Origin: Sulfitobacter sp.
Lineage (GTDB): Bacteria > Pseudomonadota > Alphaproteobacteria > Rhodobacterales > Rhodobacteraceae
Assembly: GCF_036960155.1 (NCBI RefSeq)
Contig: NZ_JBALWB010000006.1
Span: 17,472 to 81,471, forward strand
Length of the DNA stretch: 64,000 nucleotides
Direction: 5' to 3'
The position numbers and the translations under genes are program-made. Under the pieces are notes generated by a model that searched no databases, was not told where the DNA came from, and was given only the letters and a program-made list of their open reading frames with translations. Position 1 is the stretch's first letter. Each line of letters opens with the position of its first letter. Shown here in pieces: positions 59,941-64,000 of the stretch.

Positions 59941-61118
59941 TGGGTGCATTGGACGGCTTGCGGATTTTGGATTTGAGCCGAATTTTGGCTGGACCAACCG
60001 CCACCCAATTATTGGGTGATTTTGGCGCAGACATCATCAAGGTCGAGCGGCCTGGATTGGGTGATGACACCCGCGCATGGGGTCCTCCCTTTGTTGAAGG
60101 CGGCGATGGCCCGACCCAAGAAAGTGCGTATTATCTGTGTGCTAACCGAAATAAGCGATCTATCGCGGTGGATATTGCGAAGCCTGAGGGCGCTCAAACG
60201 GTGCGTGAATTGCTGGCCACCTGTGATGTGTTGGTTGAGAATTTCAAACCTGGCGGGTTGGATAAATACGGGTTGTCCTACAGCGATTTGAAAGAACAGT
60301 TTCCACGACTGGTCTATTGCTCGATTTCGGGTTTTGGACAGACCGGACCAAACAGCGAAAAACCGGGCTATGATTTGCTTGCACAGGCTTATGGCGGCAT
60401 CATGAGCCTGACAGGAGAACCGGAAGGCGAACCGATGAAGGTTGCCGTTGGTATCGCCGATGTCATGACTGGGATGTATGCGTCCAACGCCATTCTGGCG
60501 GCCTTGCGCCACCGTGATAAAATGGATGAGGGTCAGCATATTGATATCGCATTGGTCGATTGTCAGATTGCGTGGCTTATCAACGAAGGTACCAATTATC
60601 TGACGTCTAAAATCCTACCCCAGCGGCGCGGAAATCAGCACCCCAATATCGTGCCATATCAAGTCTTTGAAATGGCTGATGGTCATGCCGTGGTTGCCGT
60701 CGGAAATGACGCACAGTTCGAACGGTTCTGTACTTTGATCCGTCGCGAAGAACTGGCGAGTGACCCGAAGTACGTTACAAATGCAGGCCGTCTCGTAAAC
60801 CGTGAGGCGTTGATCGCGACATTAACCGAAACATTGTCCAAATTGGAACGCGACTGGCTGATCTCGGGGATGGAAGCCAACAAGATCCCCGGCGGACCAA
60901 TCAATCAACTGGATGATGTGTTTGCCAGTGATCAAGTTGCTGCCCGCGAAATGAAAATCACCATGCCCCATAGCGGGGCAGCATCAGGTGAGGTCGATCT
61001 AATCGGCAATCCTGTGAAATTCTCAAAAACCCCGGTCACCTATCGGCGCGCGCCGCCGACCTGTGGTGCCGACACTGATGATATCTTGGCTGAACTTGCA
61101 GCCACGCAAAAGGAATAA
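59937..61118 (+). CDS. CaiB/BaiF family III CoA-transferase (possibly Act-like)
   Basis: DLSRILAGP, GDDTRAWGPP, ENFKPG, GYDLLAQA, IADVMTG. Confidence 0.93.
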   Translation: MMGALDGLRILDLSRILAGPTATQLLGDFGADIIKVERPGLGDDTRAWGPPFVEGGDGPTQESAYYLCANRNKRSIAVDIAKPEGAQTVRELLATCDVLVENFKPGGLDKYGLSYSDLKEQFPRLVYCSISGFGQTGPNSEKPGYDLLAQAYGGIMSLTGEPEGEPMKVAVGIADVMTGMYASNAILAALRHRDKMDEGQHIDIALVDCQIAWLINEGTNYLTSKILPQRRGNQHPNIVPYQVFEMADGHAVVAVGNDAQFERFCTLIRREELASDPKYVTNAGRLVNREALIATLTETLSKLERDWLISGMEANKIPGGPINQLDDVFASDQVAAREMKITMPHSGAASGEVDLIGNPVKFSKTPVTYRRAPPTCGADTDDILAELAATQKE

Positions 61119-61122
61119 CACC

Positions 61123-62316
61123 ATGCTTTTTCTGACAGACAGCCAACGCGACATCCAAGCCCGCGCAAAGGCGCTTTCTGACGGTTACGTCAAAGACATG
61201 GCCGCCGAAATTGACCGGACCGAACAGTACCCGTGGGAGACCACCAAGAAGTTGGCCGAAGCTGGCTTTATGGGGATGTCGATCCCTAAAGAATTCGGTG
61301 GGCAGGGCGCTAGTTATCTGGACGTGGTTCTGGTGATTGAACAAATGGCGCGCAACTGTGGCGTAACAGCCCGTATCGTTGTTGAGGCAAACATGGGCGG
61401 CATCGGCGCGATCATGGCCTATGGCAGCCAAGAACAAAAAGAGCTGTGTGCGCCCTATGTGCTGGCCGGGGACAAGCCAGCAATTTGTATCACTGAACCG
61501 AATGCGGGATCAGCAGCAACAGAAATGACAACCACGGCCGAAAAGGTCGATGGTGGCTACAAAATCAACGGTGTGAAGCATTGGATCACCGGCGGTGGTG
61601 TCTCCAAGGTCCATCTGATTTTTGCGCGCGTAGTTGAGAACGGTGAATTCCTCGGCATAGGCGGGTTCATTGCGATCCGCGATGAAGACGAAGGTTTGCG
61701 CGTAGGTAAGCGCGAACCGGCGATGGGTCTGCGCGCGATCCCCGAGACGCATCTGCACTTTGAGAATCTTTTTGTTGCCGACAACCGTGCGGTGCAATTT
61801 CCGCAAGGCTATCGCAAAGGATTTGCAGCACTCATGAACGCCTACAATGCGCAACGTGTAGGCGCGGCGACTGTCGCGCATGGTATCGCACAGGGTGCGT
61901 TTGAGCGTGCGGTGGAATTTGCCAAGGAACGCGAACAGTTCGGTCGCCCGATTGCGGAATTCCAAGGCTTGCAATGGATGATGTCGGACATGTCCACTGG
62001 CCTCGCTGCGGCGCAGGCGTTGATCTATAAGGCGGCGATGGCCGAGGAAGGCCAATTCCCGAACATGCAAGAAGCGGCGCAGGCAAAAATCTTTGCTGCT
62101 GAAAATGCCATCAAAGTGACGGACAGTGCGATGCAAATTCACGGTGCTATGGGGTATTCGCGTAATCTGCCAATGGAGCGGATGTACCGCGATGCGCGTA
62201 TGTTCACGATAGGTGGCGGCACGGCGCAAATGTTGCGCAATCAAGTCGCAAGCTCACTGCTTGAGATGAAATTGCCCCAAACCCGTGCGGGCCATCTAAA
62301 ACTCGCAGCGGAGTAA
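61123..62316 (+). CDS. acd: Acyl-CoA-dehydrogenase-fold protein resembling 3-sulfinopropionyl-CoA desulfinase
   Basis: TEQYPW, ARIVV, GDKPAICITEPNAGSAA, WITGGGVSK, IPETHL, YNAQRVG, TIGGGTAQ, MKLPQTR; both usual catalytic Glu positions are replaced (Q and G). Confidence 0.8.
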   Translation: MLFLTDSQRDIQARAKALSDGYVKDMAAEIDRTEQYPWETTKKLAEAGFMGMSIPKEFGGQGASYLDVVLVIEQMARNCGVTARIVVEANMGGIGAIMAYGSQEQKELCAPYVLAGDKPAICITEPNAGSAATEMTTTAEKVDGGYKINGVKHWITGGGVSKVHLIFARVVENGEFLGIGGFIAIRDEDEGLRVGKREPAMGLRAIPETHLHFENLFVADNRAVQFPQGYRKGFAALMNAYNAQRVGAATVAHGIAQGAFERAVEFAKEREQFGRPIAEFQGLQWMMSDMSTGLAAAQALIYKAAMAEEGQFPNMQEAAQAKIFAAENAIKVTDSAMQIHGAMGYSRNLPMERMYRDARMFTIGGGTAQMLRNQVASSLLEMKLPQTRAGHLKLAAE

Positions 62317-62319
62317 CCC

Positions 62320-63636
62320 ATGGATAAGCTCGACCGTTTCGGCGCTCAGGTGTCGCACAAGGATCAATTGGACATAGATGTCTTTGGGGAAGCGGCCGAG
62401 CTGATGCTAGGGTATGCGCCTGATCCCGTTGGTATGATAAATACGTTGCTGGAAAAGTCGCCTGATTTCATTATGGCGCGGTGTTTTCTGGCAGGTATTT
62501 TTCTGACCGCCAGCGACAAGCGTCGCCAGCCGTTAATGCACAAGCACTACGATATTCTGGCGACACAAGCGGAGCATGCAAATGAGCGTGAAAAAGGTCA
62601 TATTCACGCGCTTAAACTATGGTCTGGGGGCAATCTTTATGCTGCTAGCCAAGCGTATGCAGATATTCTGAACACGTGTCCGCGCGACATCGTGGCCTTG
62701 CAGCTAGGGCATCAGACGGACTTTTTGTTGGGCCACGCATCGTCGACCCGTGACAGGCCTACCCGCGTGTTGGGCCATTGGTCCAAAACTGACCCGCAGT
62801 ACTCCTACATTCTAGGAATGCAGGCTTTTGGGTTGGAAGAAGCAGGTCACTATTCGGCTGCACAATCCATGGCCGAACGCTGTGTAGGCATGAACGAGAA
62901 AGATACGTGGGGCGTTCACGCGCTGGCGCATTGTCTTGAAATGCAGGGCAAGGTCGATGAGGGCGTTGATTTCATGACCCGGTGCGAGGACCGCTGGGGG
63001 AATGATACCTATATGTCGATCCATAATCGCTGGCATCTGGGGCTGTATTATCTGGAACGCTGCGAGTTCGACACTGCGCTTGCAATGCATGACGCGCATA
63101 TGGCGGTCACGCCAAAGTCCGAGCTGATGGACATGCACGATTCCGCCGCCCTTTTGTGGCGATTGCAGATGGACGGCGTGGATGTGGGAGATCGTTGGAA
63201 CGTGGTCGCGGATAATTACGCGTGTGTCATTGATCAGGCCTACATGTCGTTCACAGATCTACACGCGATGATGTCTTTTGCTGCGACGGGTCGCGATAAA
63301 GAAGCCAAAGCGCAGATTGCGGTTTTGGAAAATGCAGCAACTGCCAATACCGACACGGGAACAATTATCCAGCAGGCAGGCTTGCCGCTGGTCCGCGGGT
63401 TTGAGGCCTTTGGTCGGGGGGATTATGCGGCCGCCAAACGTCACATTGGCAACGCGCGCCACAATAGTCACCTGATGGGCGGATCCATCGCACAGCGCGA
63501 CGTGATCAACTGGACCTTAATCGAAGCCGCAATTCGCGACGGTGACACGCCTATGGCAAATGCGCTGTTGGCGGAACGCACGTTGATGAAACCACATTCA
63601 CCTTTGACGGATATGTTTGCCCGCAAAGCAGCCTGA
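62320..63636 (+). CDS. TTC38-like tetratricopeptide repeat protein
   Basis: GMQAFGLEEAG, WGVHALAH, HNRWH, DSAALLWRL, GGSIAQRD. Confidence 0.85.
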   Translation: MDKLDRFGAQVSHKDQLDIDVFGEAAELMLGYAPDPVGMINTLLEKSPDFIMARCFLAGIFLTASDKRRQPLMHKHYDILATQAEHANEREKGHIHALKLWSGGNLYAASQAYADILNTCPRDIVALQLGHQTDFLLGHASSTRDRPTRVLGHWSKTDPQYSYILGMQAFGLEEAGHYSAAQSMAERCVGMNEKDTWGVHALAHCLEMQGKVDEGVDFMTRCEDRWGNDTYMSIHNRWHLGLYYLERCEFDTALAMHDAHMAVTPKSELMDMHDSAALLWRLQMDGVDVGDRWNVVADNYACVIDQAYMSFTDLHAMMSFAATGRDKEAKAQIAVLENAATANTDTGTIIQQAGLPLVRGFEAFGRGDYAAAKRHIGNARHNSHLMGGSIAQRDVINWTLIEAAIRDGDTPMANALLAERTLMKPHSPLTDMFARKAA

Positions 63637-63669
63637 TCCGCATCTTTTTTGCCTTGGGAGGGGCTTGGG

Positions 63670-64000
63670 ATGACACAAAATAAGAACACCGATTTGCTTG
63701 AGCGTCGTGGGGCTGCGATTTCAAATGGAGTCGGTCTGATGCATCCTGTTTTTGCACGACGTGCCGAGAATTCGGAAATTTGGGATGCTGACGGCAAACG
63801 GTTCATCGACTTTGCAGCAGGTATTGCGGTTACCAACTGTGGTCATAGGCATCCATCTATTGTGGCTGCTGTAACTGAACAATTGGGGGCATTTACGCAT
63901 ACCTGCCAGCACGTGACCCCGTACGAAAACATGATCCAGCTGGCGGAGCGGTTGAATGAAATTGTTCCCGGTGATGGCCCAATGAAATCGGCATTTTTCA
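63670..64000 (+). CDS. gabT: Class III aminotransferase, 4-aminobutyrate aminotransferase-like (runs off the window)
   Basis: ENSEIWDADGKRFIDFAAGIAVTNCGHRHP..FTHTC..PYEN..LAERL. Confidence 0.85.
   Translation, partial: MTQNKNTDLLERRGAAISNGVGLMHPVFARRAENSEIWDADGKRFIDFAAGIAVTNCGHRHPSIVAAVTEQLGAFTHTCQHVTPYENMIQLAERLNEIVPGDGPMKSAFF

Noticed and set aside
1-64000. CRISPR array, tRNA, rRNA, phage or anti-phage defence genes
   Set aside because: No regularly spaced repeats, RNA-gene signatures or recognisable phage/defence proteins were seen.

Overview
Accessory catabolic region, most likely from a marine Roseobacter-group alphaproteobacterium (inferred from gene content). No rRNA, tRNA or CRISPR array was seen. 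Five modules: (1) 1-11 kb, a decaying island with signal-peptide-bearing DUF4437-like cupins, an apparently exported haloalkane dehalogenase plus a broken duplicate, LysR/MarR regulators, a short dispersed repeat and a broken IS1182; (2) 11-25 kb, a LacI-controlled sugar-type ABC importer with an orphan pathway (HisD/HpsN-like dehydrogenase, three tandem-SnoaL proteins, SDR, bicupin, MetE-like Zn enzyme, hydrolase, RraA-like aldolase); (3) 26-45 kb, an Ehu-type importer with two EutA-like racemases, M24 and M20 hydrolases, diaminopropionate ammonia-lyase, a GcvT-type N-demethylase and a Rid protein; (4) 45-53 kb, a BCCT-linked orphan operon, with modules 3 and 4 bracketed by two inverted, identically broken IS6 copies; (5) 54-64 kb, a P450 with its own reductase coupled to a CoA-transferase, a 3-sulfinopropionyl-CoA-desulfinase-like Acd and a GabT-like aminotransferase, a candidate new organosulfur (sulfone/sulfinate) catabolic route. 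Family assignments come from motif recognition and memory, not database searches; all substrate proposals are hypotheses.
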